Numbered from the stretch's first letter, positions 28,881 through 39,029 are shown. The stretch is DNA of 64,000 nucleotides from Sphingobacteriaceae bacterium (GCA_041743935.1 JBGTLU010000061.1:23247-87246); one strand, 5' to 3'. Numbers and translations are program-made. Notes: generated from the sequence alone by a model not told the origin.

Positions 28881-29954
28881 TTATGCCAGCATTTCTGCAT
28901 TGGCATTGGTTATTGCTATCTGTTGTGCCACTTTTTCTGCAAATTCGGCAAATGCAATGGCTATAGGATGAGAGGCATTTAACATGATGGGCTCACCACT
29001 ATCTCCTGCTTCGCTCACTGCTTTTACAAGCGGTATTTCTCCCAAAAATGGCACATCAAATTGTTGAGCTAAAAATTTTCCGCCACCTTCACCAAAAATA
29101 TAATATTTATTATCCGGCAATTCAGCTGGTGTGAAATACGACATGTTTTCTACTACGCCTAAAATTGGAATATTAATGGAATCCATTCTAAACATGCCCA
29201 TGCCTTTTTGTGCATCGGCCAGTGCAACTTTTTGCGGTGTAGTAACAATCACAGCTCCGGTAATAGGAAAACTTTGGGCAACGGTAATATGAATATCGCC
29301 GGTTCCTGGTGGTAAATCCACTATTAAGTAATCTAATTTACCCCACTCGGCATCATTAAAAAGTTGTTTAACAGCAGTAGAAACCATGGGTCCTCGCCAA
29401 GGTACTGCTTGGTTTGGGTCAGTAAAAAAACCGATGGAAAGTAATTTTATTCCGTGTTGTTCAATGGGTATTAATCTATTCTGACCGTTAATAACCTCTA
29501 CTTTTGGTCTGGCGTAAGGTACTTTAAACATGATAGGCATGGATGGGCCATATATATCTGCATCAATTAATCCAACTTTAGCCCCCTTTTGGGCAAGTGC
29601 GATAGCTAAATTGGCCGATACAGTTGATTTGCCTACCCCACCTTTACCCGACGCTACCAAAACTATATTTTTAATGTTCGGGAAAGTAGGATTTGCTTGT
29701 GTAGTTACTCTAGAGGTCATGTTTATGTTAACTACAGCCTCTTTATCTACAAAATGTTTGATTGCATTTACACAAGCATTATGAATCATGTTTTTCATTG
29801 GGCAAGCTGGTGTAGTAAGTACTACCGAAAAATTAACTTCTTTTTCGTTTATCAAAACGTCTTCAATCATATTCAACGTCACTAAGTCCTTCTTAAGATC
29901 AGGGTCTTCTACATAACGAAGGGCATTTAATACTTGTTCTTTGGTAATTGTCAT
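28881..29954 (-). CDS. apbC: Mrp/NBP35 (ApbC) family iron-sulfur cluster carrier ATPase
   Basis: 357 aa with an N-terminal DUF59-like segment (YVEDPDLKKDLVTLNMI). The deviant Walker A is SGKGGVGKST, and LIVDLPPGTGD is also present. Confidence 0.9.
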   Translation of the reverse strand: MTITKEQVLNALRYVEDPDLKKDLVTLNMIEDVLINEKEVNFSVVLTTPACPMKNMIHNACVNAIKHFVDKEAVVNINMTSRVTTQANPTFPNIKNIVLVASGKGGVGKSTVSANLAIALAQKGAKVGLIDADIYGPSMPIMFKVPYARPKVEVINGQNRLIPIEQHGIKLLSIGFFTDPNQAVPWRGPMVSTAVKQLFNDAEWGKLDYLIVDLPPGTGDIHITVAQSFPITGAVIVTTPQKVALADAQKGMGMFRMDSINIPILGVVENMSYFTPAELPDNKYYIFGEGGGKFLAQQFDVPFLGEIPLVKAVSEAGDSGEPIMLNASHPIAIAFAEFAEKVAQQIAITNANAEMLA

Positions 29955-30059
29955 GTCGTTGAAAATATTTTAAAATTTTAACACAAAATTAACCTTTTAA
30001 CATGATAAATTCGCGTTTGTTTACGTTACTTTAAAGTTCAACCCAACCTTATACAAATC

Positions 30060-31289
30060 ATGGCATCCTTTCATTTGCGCGCCCCTTCTTCTAAAATAGA
30101 CTCTTCAGGTTCAATTCCGATTTATTTAGTATTTAATCATCAAGGTAAAAAGTTTAAATTATTTACAGGAGTAAAAATCTTAGCAGAGAACTGGGATGCC
30201 AAAAGACAACTTGTTGTAAATTTTGATGGAGAAACGATTAAACTAAATGAGTCACTTATTAAACAAAAGCAAAAATTAAAAGAAGCATTTGAAATGGTAG
30301 TATTGGAAGAAGATACATCCCAAGTAAATGTAGAAGCTGTAAAAGAAAAATTTAATAGCCTTTTGTTTGAGAACGCATCGAAATTTTATCAAGAGTTTTT
30401 AAAATATATTGAATTATCTAAAATAGGAAAAAAACCAAGTACTGTATTAGTGTACGATACATTAATTAGAGACATTTATAAATTCGAAGTTGCCTTTAAT
30501 TACCCGATAGATTTTAATACAATAAATCAGGTATTTTACGACTCATTTACCGAGTTTTTAGAAATAAATTTAAATAATACTCACAATACTGTCATTAAAA
30601 AAATAAAAGCATTAAAGGCATTTTTACATCACGGTTCAAGTAAAAAATTAATTAGTAGAGAGACATTTAGTGAATTTGATACAAAAACCATCGACTCGGT
30701 AAAAATTGCATTAACAGAGCAAGAACTAGCAAAAATATATAATTTAAATTTAGCCCAATCGAAAGAATTGGCCCTTATGCGAGATCTTTTTTGCTTTGGT
30801 TGTTTTACGGGCTTAAAATTTTCTGAAATTATATCTTTAAAACAAGAGGATATAAAAGATTACAAAATCATTATTGAAAATCAGTATACTAAAATAAAAA
30901 CAAGAATTCCTTTAAATAATTACGCTCAAATAATTTTATATAGATATGCTGGAAAGGGTAATAATTGTTTTCCTTCGTTACAAAATGTATATGCCAATAA
31001 ATTCATAAAAGAGTTAGGCAAATTAGCAGAAATAAAAACTCCGACCGAAATTGCCATTCATAAAAGAAGCACAATAATTAGAAAAGTTAAACCAAAGCAT
31101 GAATTAATAACTACAGATACCGCACGTTATACGTATGCAGTTATATCTTTACGTTCCGGAATGCGCCCAGAATTATTAATTCAGGTGTTAGGACAGAAAA
31201 CTATTAATTCGTTGTTGGAGTATTGTTATTTTGCCAATCCGGCAAAAGATTTTGAAATGATAGACTGTTGGAACAAAAAATATTTATAA
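30060..31289 (+). CDS. tyrosine recombinase (phage integrase family)-like protein with substituted catalytic residues; probably not an active integrase
   Basis: 409 aa with the Bacteroidota integrase architecture. It starts with an Arm-type N-terminus (IPIYLVFNHQGKKFKLFTGVKILAENWD), followed by a SAM-like middle and a catalytic-domain scaffold. TGLKFSE replaces TGLRxSD, TTDTARYTYA replaces HxxRHTFA, and LGQ replaces LGH. See finding. Confidence 0.7.
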   Translation: MASFHLRAPSSKIDSSGSIPIYLVFNHQGKKFKLFTGVKILAENWDAKRQLVVNFDGETIKLNESLIKQKQKLKEAFEMVVLEEDTSQVNVEAVKEKFNSLLFENASKFYQEFLKYIELSKIGKKPSTVLVYDTLIRDIYKFEVAFNYPIDFNTINQVFYDSFTEFLEINLNNTHNTVIKKIKALKAFLHHGSSKKLISRETFSEFDTKTIDSVKIALTEQELAKIYNLNLAQSKELALMRDLFCFGCFTGLKFSEIISLKQEDIKDYKIIIENQYTKIKTRIPLNNYAQIILYRYAGKGNNCFPSLQNVYANKFIKELGKLAEIKTPTEIAIHKRSTIIRKVKPKHELITTDTARYTYAVISLRSGMRPELLIQVLGQKTINSLLEYCYFANPAKDFEMIDCWNKKYL

Positions 31290-33403
31290 AAAGCAGAGAA
31301 TTTATTTCTCGTCACAAAAAAACACTTAGCATAGTAGCAGGTGTATTAGTTATTCTTTTAATTGTATTATTTTCTGTAAGAGGGGTCTTATTAAGGAATA
31401 TTATATCAAAAGTATCCGCTAACCAATTAAAAGCAAATCAATTAATAATTTCTACAAATAATGTTAGATTTTCTGGCATATCCACTTTAAAGTTAGATGC
31501 TGTAACTATACAGCAGATAGAGAAAGATACATTATTAGAAATTAATAATTTAAGTGTAAGAATTAAAATATTTCCTTTACTTTTTGGAGAAATTAGTTTA
31601 TCTGAACTTAATCTAGACTCGGGTTATTTACAATTTGTAATTAAAGATGGGGATAGAAACTTTGATTTTTTATTCAAAAATAATTCGATAGATACTAATC
31701 AAATTTCCACAACAAACTCGGCGTTAAATATATCAAAGTTTGTATCGAATCTAATAAACAAAACATTTGCCTTTATACCTAATAACCTATCTGTACGTAA
31801 ATTCGAATTTAAACTAATAGATGAAGAAAGTGTGGTGAATATTTCGATGAATAATGCAACCTTATCTGATAATTATTTGAGTACAGAATTTGATGTAAAT
31901 AATGGAGAAAATAAATGGTTTGCAAAAGGTTTAATTAATTCCTCTAAGAAACAATTAAATATAAAATTTTACGGAGAATCTAATCCGATTGAGTTATCTT
32001 ATTTAAAAGACAAATTCGATTTAACGCTTAAGTTCGATACCATTTCAACTCAAATGGATGAAGTAACCTATCGTAGTAATAAATTACAAATTATAGGTAA
32101 TTGGAAAGTGAATAATTTGGTTATTAATCACCCAAAAATATCATTGGAAGAAGTTGTAATTCCAAATGCAAGTATTGATGCTAACATGGTATTCGGTGAA
32201 AATTATATTGCTGTAGATAGTAGCTCTATTGCTACAATTAAAGACTTAAAAATTATTCCATTTATTAAATATACTCATGGAGATAACAAAGAATATGAAT
32301 TAAAAATTAAAGTACCACAAATGCCCGCTCAATCACTATTTAATTCTTTTCCGCGTGGTTTATTTGTTTCGCTCGAAGGGATAAAAGTAGAAGGAGAATT
32401 AGCTTATGATTTACAATTTAAATTAAATAGTAGAGAACCAGATTCACTACTATTTAATTCTACATTAACTAAACATAATTTTAGAATCATACAATTTGGT
32501 AAAGAGAATTTACGAAAAATAAATAGTGTATTTAATTATGTTCCCTACGAGTATGGCAGACCCATGAGAACCATAGTAGTTGGTGAGGGAAACCCGAATT
32601 ATACTCCTTATGAATTTATTTCTGATTATTTAAAACAATCGGTATTAAATGCCGAAGACGGTAGTTTTTTCTGGCATAAAGGATTTAATGAAGAGTCGTT
32701 CAGAAAATCAATTGCTATAAATTTTAAAGCAAAAAATTTTAAACGTGGCGGTAGTACTATTTCTATGCAATTAGTAAAAAATGTTTTTCTTAATAGAAAT
32801 AAAACCGTTTTAAGAAAAGTAGAGGAAGCATTAATTGTATGGTTAATTGAGAATAATAATTTAGTTGGAAAACAACGCATGTACGAAGTCTATTTAAATA
32901 TTATTGAATGGGCGCCAAATATATATGGCATTGGAGAAGCATCGAGGTTTTATTTTGATAAAAACCCATCGCAATTAACTCTTGGAGAGAGTATTTTCTT
33001 AACTAGTATTGTACCTAAACCAAAAGCATTTAAATACTCATTTAATTCGGATGGTACTTTGAGAGACTATTTACTAGGATACTTTAATTTGATACACGGA
33101 ATTTTAATTAGAAAAGGATTAGCTGAAGAAGAAACTTACAATTTATTTTCTAGTGTTAAATTAAAAGGCCCAGCATTAAAATATGTAATGCTTACAGAAA
33201 GTTTAGAGGATAAAGAATTATTATTCGATGAAGAAAATCAACAAGAAATTTTAAGGGAAATTAATGGTATTACAGAAGATATTATTAATCGAAAAAAACC
33301 AATTATCCAAGAAGAAAACAAACCTGACGACCCAAAAGAAAATCGCCTGGATAGACGAGAACAACGAAAACAAGAAAGAGAAAAACGTAGATCAGGAAAT
33401 TAA
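31268..33403 (+). CDS. membrane-anchored protein with C-terminal GT51 peptidoglycan transglycosylase domain and a long unassigned N-terminal domain
   Basis: 711 aa with one N-terminal TM (LSIVAGVLVILLIVLF). GT51 motifs are AEDGSFFWHKGF, RGGSTISMQLVKN and RKVEEALIVWLIE. The tail is very basic and acidic (RREQRKQEREKRR). The only available start is TTG at 31268, inside the 3' end of the preceding gene. Confidence 0.75.
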   Translation: MEQKIFIKSREFISRHKKTLSIVAGVLVILLIVLFSVRGVLLRNIISKVSANQLKANQLIISTNNVRFSGISTLKLDAVTIQQIEKDTLLEINNLSVRIKIFPLLFGEISLSELNLDSGYLQFVIKDGDRNFDFLFKNNSIDTNQISTTNSALNISKFVSNLINKTFAFIPNNLSVRKFEFKLIDEESVVNISMNNATLSDNYLSTEFDVNNGENKWFAKGLINSSKKQLNIKFYGESNPIELSYLKDKFDLTLKFDTISTQMDEVTYRSNKLQIIGNWKVNNLVINHPKISLEEVVIPNASIDANMVFGENYIAVDSSSIATIKDLKIIPFIKYTHGDNKEYELKIKVPQMPAQSLFNSFPRGLFVSLEGIKVEGELAYDLQFKLNSREPDSLLFNSTLTKHNFRIIQFGKENLRKINSVFNYVPYEYGRPMRTIVVGEGNPNYTPYEFISDYLKQSVLNAEDGSFFWHKGFNEESFRKSIAINFKAKNFKRGGSTISMQLVKNVFLNRNKTVLRKVEEALIVWLIENNNLVGKQRMYEVYLNIIEWAPNIYGIGEASRFYFDKNPSQLTLGESIFLTSIVPKPKAFKYSFNSDGTLRDYLLGYFNLIHGILIRKGLAEEETYNLFSSVKLKGPALKYVMLTESLEDKELLFDEENQQEILREINGITEDIINRKKPIIQEENKPDDPKENRLDRREQRKQEREKRRSGN

Positions 33404-33780
33404 TTCGGCGGTTCCCAAAGTTCAATTTTATTGCCCTCAGGATCTAAAATCCAGCCAAATTTACCAAACTCACTTTCTTCAGTTTCATCCATCACCGTTA
33501 CTCCTTCCTCCCGTAACGTTGCAAGTAGTTCAGTTAGATTTTCGACCCTATAATTAATCATAAACTCTTTAGCGCTTGGTTCAAAGTAATTAGTATCTGG
33601 CTTAAACGGACTCCAAGCAGTGTATCCTTCTTTATCCGGATTATCGGCATGACGCCAAGGAAATACTGCTCCCCATAATTCGCTTTGTATGCCTAAATGC
33701 TTAGCATACCATTTTCTTATTTCCGTTTGATTAGCAGTTTTAAAAAAAATACCGCCAATACCCGTAACTCTTTTTTTCAT
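33400..33780 (-). CDS. VOC (glyoxalase/bleomycin-resistance/dioxygenase) family protein
   Basis: 126 aa. The N-terminal IGGIFFKTANQTEIRKWYAKHLG and C-terminal GWILDPEGNKIELWEP are typical VOC beta-alpha-beta-beta-beta module ends. Confidence 0.8.
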   Translation of the reverse strand: MKKRVTGIGGIFFKTANQTEIRKWYAKHLGIQSELWGAVFPWRHADNPDKEGYTAWSPFKPDTNYFEPSAKEFMINYRVENLTELLATLREEGVTVMDETEESEFGKFGWILDPEGNKIELWEPPN

Positions 33781-35600
33781 TATTTCAACAAGATAATTCC
33801 ATTAATTAAATTAATATCTACTGATGCAAGTTCTTTATCATAATAAAAATTGAAATTGCCAATTATTAATCTAGCATTATTATTTCCATCTATGATAAGG
33901 TAATCTTGTGGTAGATTAATTTTATCTGAATAAGAATTAGTAATACTATCGTAATTAGTTGTTATGTAATTACTTAGTTTATTTAAATCAAATGTAAATG
34001 TATCGTTTGATTTTTTAATTAGTAATTGGTAATCTGAATCGATATGTAGGATAATATCTTCCGATTTATATTTATTATCCGTAATGGTTGCATTTAATAA
34101 TAGAACCGAATTATATCCGGAAATCGTGGGATTAATATTATCATTAGTTATTCTGTGCCAACGAGCTGTCTCAATTGCTACTTCGTCATCTATATTAAAA
34201 TTATATAAATAAACACTACTATTTACACCAAAAACACTCAATGTACTATCTTTCGTTAATTGACTAGTTTCATAATAATTTTCATTGTTAATATCTAAAC
34301 TATTTTTATTGGATTGAATTCTATTTAAATCTGTTTCTGTAAACTGGCTTAATTTATTTAGTTGATTCTTATCATAAAAATAGTTAACGATAGACGCAAT
34401 GTGTCTACCATCGTCCACAGTCCAAATAAAATCACTTTTTATTTTAGACTCTGTTATAGCATTTGCGTTTTTAGCAATCGTTTCAAAACGATTTAATTGA
34501 CTCCAATTAGATACAGAATTAGCGCTTTGAGGACCGTAAATACTAATTAAAGCTGCAATACATAAGGAAATAGGAATTATTTTTATGTTGTCCTTAGATT
34601 TAAAAACAAAATAAAAGGCAATAAAAGTTAACCATAGAGTTAATAAAAGTAAGTAATATCTACTTTCAGTAATGCCATAATCATACATGCGTTTGCCAAT
34701 AGCAATATATAACATGATAATTAATGGAAAAAGTGCTACATAAAACCATTTAGAAAAAGTTGTAATCCATTTATTTTCATCTAAATTTTTTATCGGGAAA
34801 ACCAATAAAATAGATAAAATACCAAATACAGAATAAGGTAAAATTAAACTAGAAATTATTCCTTTTGGTAATTCCCATTCGAGTAAAATTTTAAATTCAT
34901 AGGCAATTAAAATGACTAAATAAATACTTACTAGCGGTATTAAAACAAATTGGGTAAATGCCTTTAATCCTTTAGGATAATTAGTGTCCTTATTTAACTC
35001 TTCCCAATTAGACGGAATACAGGACAAGAAAAACAGAGTATTAAATATACCTGCTAAAAATACCCAAACATGAAAATAAATAGTAGAATTTATGTTGATA
35101 TTAAATAATAAATCAGTGGTTCCTATGGCAGCAGCAATACCCAAGAATAAAACTGCAGAATAAAGTCCGGCGGTTAATATTCTGATAAAAAGCACTTTAT
35201 TGTATTGCCAAAATCCATTTATTTGACCTTTAGCAATAAACGGGGCGAATGAAACCAATAAATGTAATGCCACGCTTATACTAAAATACCGGATTGCATC
35301 TACTTTATTATCAAATGGATTTAATACAAAGAATAATAAAACGGAAATAACTAATGCAATTAATTGCCAAAGTGTTTTATTCTTTTCTGTTTTCTCTGCA
35401 TAAACTACAGCAGAAATACCAAGCAATAGTCCCAACCCACACGTCATAACCAAACGAATTAGCAATTCATCTTCAGATTTTGTTTCGACCAGATACATGG
35501 CCGTTATTGTTCCTAAAAAGGCAAAGAATATTGCAAGCGGGAATCTTTTCAGTGTGGTTATTCCTTCTGAAAGTACATTTTTTAAGGTTGGAAATTTCAT
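33780..35600 (-). CDS. DUF4153-like polytopic membrane protein with a ~230-aa C-terminal soluble domain
   Basis: 606 aa with about 10 TM segments in the first ~370 aa, then an Asn/Ile/Asp-rich non-membrane tail. The DUF4153 assignment comes from the remembered N-terminal pattern (KRFPLAIFFAFLGT) and is not verified. Confidence 0.5.
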   Translation of the reverse strand: MKFPTLKNVLSEGITTLKRFPLAIFFAFLGTITAMYLVETKSEDELLIRLVMTCGLGLLLGISAVVYAEKTEKNKTLWQLIALVISVLLFFVLNPFDNKVDAIRYFSISVALHLLVSFAPFIAKGQINGFWQYNKVLFIRILTAGLYSAVLFLGIAAAIGTTDLLFNININSTIYFHVWVFLAGIFNTLFFLSCIPSNWEELNKDTNYPKGLKAFTQFVLIPLVSIYLVILIAYEFKILLEWELPKGIISSLILPYSVFGILSILLVFPIKNLDENKWITTFSKWFYVALFPLIIMLYIAIGKRMYDYGITESRYYLLLLTLWLTFIAFYFVFKSKDNIKIIPISLCIAALISIYGPQSANSVSNWSQLNRFETIAKNANAITESKIKSDFIWTVDDGRHIASIVNYFYDKNQLNKLSQFTETDLNRIQSNKNSLDINNENYYETSQLTKDSTLSVFGVNSSVYLYNFNIDDEVAIETARWHRITNDNINPTISGYNSVLLLNATITDNKYKSEDIILHIDSDYQLLIKKSNDTFTFDLNKLSNYITTNYDSITNSYSDKINLPQDYLIIDGNNNARLIIGNFNFYYDKELASVDINLINGIILLK

Positions 35601-35624
35601 AATTTAGGCTTTTAGTTTAGTTAT

Positions 35625-37163
35625 TTATCCTGCCCAGCCTTCGCGGTCTAGGCTTCGGTATTGTATGGCTTCGGCCAAATGTTCCACTTCAATCTCGTCT
35701 TTTCCAGCCAAATCTGCAATGGTGCGAGATACTTTTAAAATACGATCATATGCCCTGGCAGATAATCCTAATCTTTCCATGGCCGTTTTTAATAATGCTT
35801 GCCCTGCTTGATTAATTTTGCATATATCTCTCACCGATTTTGTGCTCATTTGTGCATTACTGTAAACTCCTTTATTATTTTCAAATCGTTTTTGCTGTAA
35901 CTCGCGAGCAGTAATTACTCGCTCTCTTACTTGTTCGCTTTTTTCTTCTTTTTTTGTGGCCGATAATTCAGAAAAAGCAACTGGTGTAACTTCTACATGC
36001 AAATCTATTCGATCTAGCAATGGCCCTGATATTTTTGACAGATATTTTTGAACTACTCCTGGGGAGCAAATACATTCTTTTTCGGGATGATTATAATATC
36101 CGCAAGGGCAAGGATTCATAGAAGCTATCAACATAAAACTAGCCGGAAAATCAATAGCAATTTTTGCTCTAGAAATGGTTACTCTTCTTTCTTCCAATGG
36201 TTGGCGCATTACCTCCAAAACGGTTCGCTTAAACTCTGGTAACTCATCTAAAAACAGCACCCCATTATGTGCCAATGATATTTCTCCGGGTTGAGGATAG
36301 CCCCCACCTCCCACCAAAGCCACATCGCTGATGGTGTGATGAGGAGAGCGAAATGGGCGAGTTGATAACAATGAATCATTGGTGCTAAGTTTGCCGGCAA
36401 CGGAATGAATTTTGGTGGTTTCCAATGCTTCGTGCAAGGTTAAGGGAGGTAATATGGTTGGAAGTCTTTTTGCCAACATGGTTTTACCTGCACCGGGTGG
36501 ACCAATTAGAATGGCGTTATGCCCTCCGGCTGCTGCAATTTCTAGCGCTCTTTTAATATTAGATTGGCCTTTAACATCCGAAAAATCGGCTTCGTAATTA
36601 TTTATGCTGTTTAAAAACTCTGCTCTGGTATCTATTTTTAAGGGCTCAATTTTAGCTTTACCAGATAGGAAATCAACCACTTCACGCAAACTTTCGGCAC
36701 CATATACTTCCAAATCACTAACGATAGCAGCTTCTCTGGCATTTTGTTTTGGGAGGATAAACCCTTTAAAACCTTCGTTTTTTGCTTGTATGGCAATGGG
36801 CAGGGCGCCTTTCATGGCTTGTAAGCCACCGTCAAGAGAAAGCTCTCCCATGATGATATACTCGTTTAATTTTTCTTGATCAATTTGCCCAGATGCAGCT
36901 AAAATTCCTAATGCAATGGTTAAATCATAAGAAGAACCTTCTTTTCTAATATCGGCGGGAGCAAGATTTACCACCACTTTTTGGCGGGGCATTTTAAACC
37001 CATTGTTTTTTATGGCAGAATCTACTCGTTGTTGGCTTTCTTTCACCGCATTATCAGGCAGGCCAACAATAAAATATTTTATGCCAGAACTTACATTCAC
37101 TTCAACCGTTACTGTAGTAGCATTAATACCATAAACTGCACTACCAAAAGTTTTTCCAAGCAT
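35625..37163 (-). CDS. comM: YifB/ComM family Mg-chelatase-like AAA+ ATPase
   Basis: 512 aa with an N-terminal Lon-protease-like domain, Walker A GPPGAGKT, Walker [10 protein letters not shown], the CPCGY zinc-ribbon-like insert and a C-terminal [16 protein letters not shown]. Confidence 0.92.
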   Translation of the reverse strand: MLGKTFGSAVYGINATTVTVEVNVSSGIKYFIVGLPDNAVKESQQRVDSAIKNNGFKMPRQKVVVNLAPADIRKEGSSYDLTIALGILAASGQIDQEKLNEYIIMGELSLDGGLQAMKGALPIAIQAKNEGFKGFILPKQNAREAAIVSDLEVYGAESLREVVDFLSGKAKIEPLKIDTRAEFLNSINNYEADFSDVKGQSNIKRALEIAAAGGHNAILIGPPGAGKTMLAKRLPTILPPLTLHEALETTKIHSVAGKLSTNDSLLSTRPFRSPHHTISDVALVGGGGYPQPGEISLAHNGVLFLDELPEFKRTVLEVMRQPLEERRVTISRAKIAIDFPASFMLIASMNPCPCGYYNHPEKECICSPGVVQKYLSKISGPLLDRIDLHVEVTPVAFSELSATKKEEKSEQVRERVITARELQQKRFENNKGVYSNAQMSTKSVRDICKINQAGQALLKTAMERLGLSARAYDRILKVSRTIADLAGKDEIEVEHLAEAIQYRSLDREGWAG

Positions 37164-37241
37164 ATGTTAAGCTTTTGAAAATTCAATTTAGGTATTAGAA
37201 TTGTTAAAGCAAATAACTTTTATAAAAACCTACAAGAAATC

Positions 37242-37249
37242 TAAATTTG
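37242..37249 (+). promoter_or_regulatory. -7 promoter box TAAATTTG, 6 nt before the ATG (leaderless or near-leaderless mRNA candidate)
   Basis: Exact match to TAnnTTTG at 37242-37249; the ATG is at 37256. Confidence 0.4.
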
Positions 37250-37255
37250 TAAAGC

Positions 37256-38182
37256 ATGGAATTTGAGCTTCAATACATTTCTTGGATTGCAGGAGCACCT
37301 CTTTTTACGGTGATTATACTTGCAGAAATAATCATAAGCAGGTTGCATGATGTAAATCTATACACAACAAAAGAAACCATAACCAATGTATATTTAATGT
37401 GTTGTCAAATGGCAGTGGATTTTGCATTTAAATTTGTGAGTTTAGTGGCACTAGCCTGGTGTTATTCTAATCTGTTTTTTAACATAGAATCTGCTTGGAT
37501 TTACTGGATTTCGTTGGTATTATTGGTGGATTTAGCTTATTATTTTTTACACTGGCTAGATCATAATTGCCGTTTATTTTGGGCCATTCACGTAACGCAT
37601 CACTCCAGTGCAGAGTTTAACATTTCAACCGGCTTCCGGTCTTCCGTTTTTCAGCCTTTATACAGGTTTATTTTCTTTTTGCCTATCGCCTTTATGGGTT
37701 TTAATCCGATAGATATATTATTTGTCTATGCCATTGGGCAAATGTATGGCAACTTGGTTCATACACAACTTCGTACACGTTGGGGATGGTTAGAGTATAT
37801 TTTGGTTACTCCATCGCACCACCGGGTGCACCATGCAAGCAATATTCCGTTTTTAGATAAAAATATTGGGATGGTGTTTATTTTTTGGGATAAACTTTTT
37901 GGCACTTATGCCAATGAAAAACTCATTGAAGGGAAAGAGAAACTAATTTATGGTTTAACTAAACCAATTGAAAGACCTAATCATCCGGGAGATGTTATTT
38001 TTCATGAGTGGTATGCTTTGTTGGAAGATTTGAAAAAACCGGTTCCGCTATCCACCAAAATAAACTATTTATTGAAAGCTCCGGGATGGAGTCCGGATGG
38101 AAGCACTAAAACATCTAAACAATTACAAAAAGAATGGTTGGAAAAAAATAATGCAGAACTATCTTTCCAGGTAGTCAATTAA
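37256..38182 (+). CDS. fatty acid hydroxylase / sterol desaturase family membrane protein
   Basis: 308 aa with the histidine boxes HWLDH, HVTHH and HHRVHH separated by TM segments. Confidence 0.85.
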   Translation: MEFELQYISWIAGAPLFTVIILAEIIISRLHDVNLYTTKETITNVYLMCCQMAVDFAFKFVSLVALAWCYSNLFFNIESAWIYWISLVLLVDLAYYFLHWLDHNCRLFWAIHVTHHSSAEFNISTGFRSSVFQPLYRFIFFLPIAFMGFNPIDILFVYAIGQMYGNLVHTQLRTRWGWLEYILVTPSHHRVHHASNIPFLDKNIGMVFIFWDKLFGTYANEKLIEGKEKLIYGLTKPIERPNHPGDVIFHEWYALLEDLKKPVPLSTKINYLLKAPGWSPDGSTKTSKQLQKEWLEKNNAELSFQVVN

Positions 38183-38719
38183 TGCATGAATTATTTTGAT
38201 GTGTATTTCCTGAGCACGGTCTGCAAACTCTGAGTATGGTGCTCTAATTTCTATATCTGCTATCTTCGCTAACGCTCCACCATCTTTTCCGGTAAGTGCC
38301 ACCACAAAAATGCCTAGTTCCTTTGCAGTTTGGGCAGCTTTTATAACATTTTTGGAATTACCGCTTGTGCTTATTGCCAAAAGCACATCACCTTTATTTC
38401 CTAAAGCTTCTAAATACCTAGAGAAGACAAATTCATAGCCGTAATCATTAGCAACACAACTAATGTGAGTAGGATCAGAAATAGAAACTGCAGGTAATGC
38501 TTTTCTATCTAAACGATATCTGCCTGAAAGTTCTTCGGCAAAGTGCATGGCATCACTCATGGAACCGCCATTGCCGCAAGAGATTATTTTGTTTCCGTTG
38601 CGTATGGCAGCAGCCATCACATCGCCGGCAGTTTTTATGTTTATCAAATTAGCCTCATCAGCCAAAAAATTAGCTAATAGACTTTGTGCTTCGATAAAAT
38701 GTGCTTTAATTTTCTCCAA
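38159..38719 (-). CDS. gmhA: SIS-domain phosphoheptose isomerase (GmhA/DiaA family)
   Basis: 186 aa with the motifs CGNGGSMSDAMHFAEEL and ISTSGNSKNV. Its 3' end overlaps the convergent hydroxylase gene by 24 nt. Confidence 0.85.
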   Translation of the reverse strand: MEKIKAHFIEAQSLLANFLADEANLINIKTAGDVMAAAIRNGNKIISCGNGGSMSDAMHFAEELSGRYRLDRKALPAVSISDPTHISCVANDYGYEFVFSRYLEALGNKGDVLLAISTSGNSKNVIKAAQTAKELGIFVVALTGKDGGALAKIADIEIRAPYSEFADRAQEIHIKIIHALIDYLER

Positions 38720-38726
38720 TTGGATT

Positions 38727-39029
38727 TTAGTTAATAAACATTAGTATTAATATTGAGATAAACCAAATATACCCAGTCCACTTTTCTAATCTCGAGTTTA
38801 ATTCTAAGTCAAGTTTTTTACGATCAAAAAATCTCCAGAGGCCGTACCCGAATAACCAAATAAATATAAATGCAATAAAAATATATGACGAAACAAGTTC
38901 ATTTATATTATAATTTTCTATATCATACATTATAATCAGAAATAATACAAAAAACATTAACCAAATTTTTTCAATTTCATAATGTTTGCGAATGGCTTCT
39001 TCGCGTTCGGGGGTGTATTTATTTTCCAT
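38727..39029 (-). CDS. hypothetical small membrane protein (3 TM)
   Basis: 100-aa ORF with three hydrophobic segments. It sits 7 nt upstream of gmhA on the same strand. No family is recognised. Confidence 0.5.
   Translation of the reverse strand: MENKYTPEREEAIRKHYEIEKIWLMFFVLFLIIMYDIENYNINELVSSYIFIAFIFIWLFGYGLWRFFDRKKLDLELNSRLEKWTGYIWFISILILMFIN

Noticed and set aside
29955-35624. Whether the recombinase-like gene marks a genomic island between mrp and comM
   Set aside because: I could not find direct repeats at the putative borders. No tRNA is adjacent, since the only tRNA is 24 kb away. comM and mrp are intact, and the cargo (GT51 protein, VOC, membrane protein) is not island-typical. Low G+C could simply reflect membrane or poorly expressed genes. 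I kept the point only as a caveat inside the recombinase finding.
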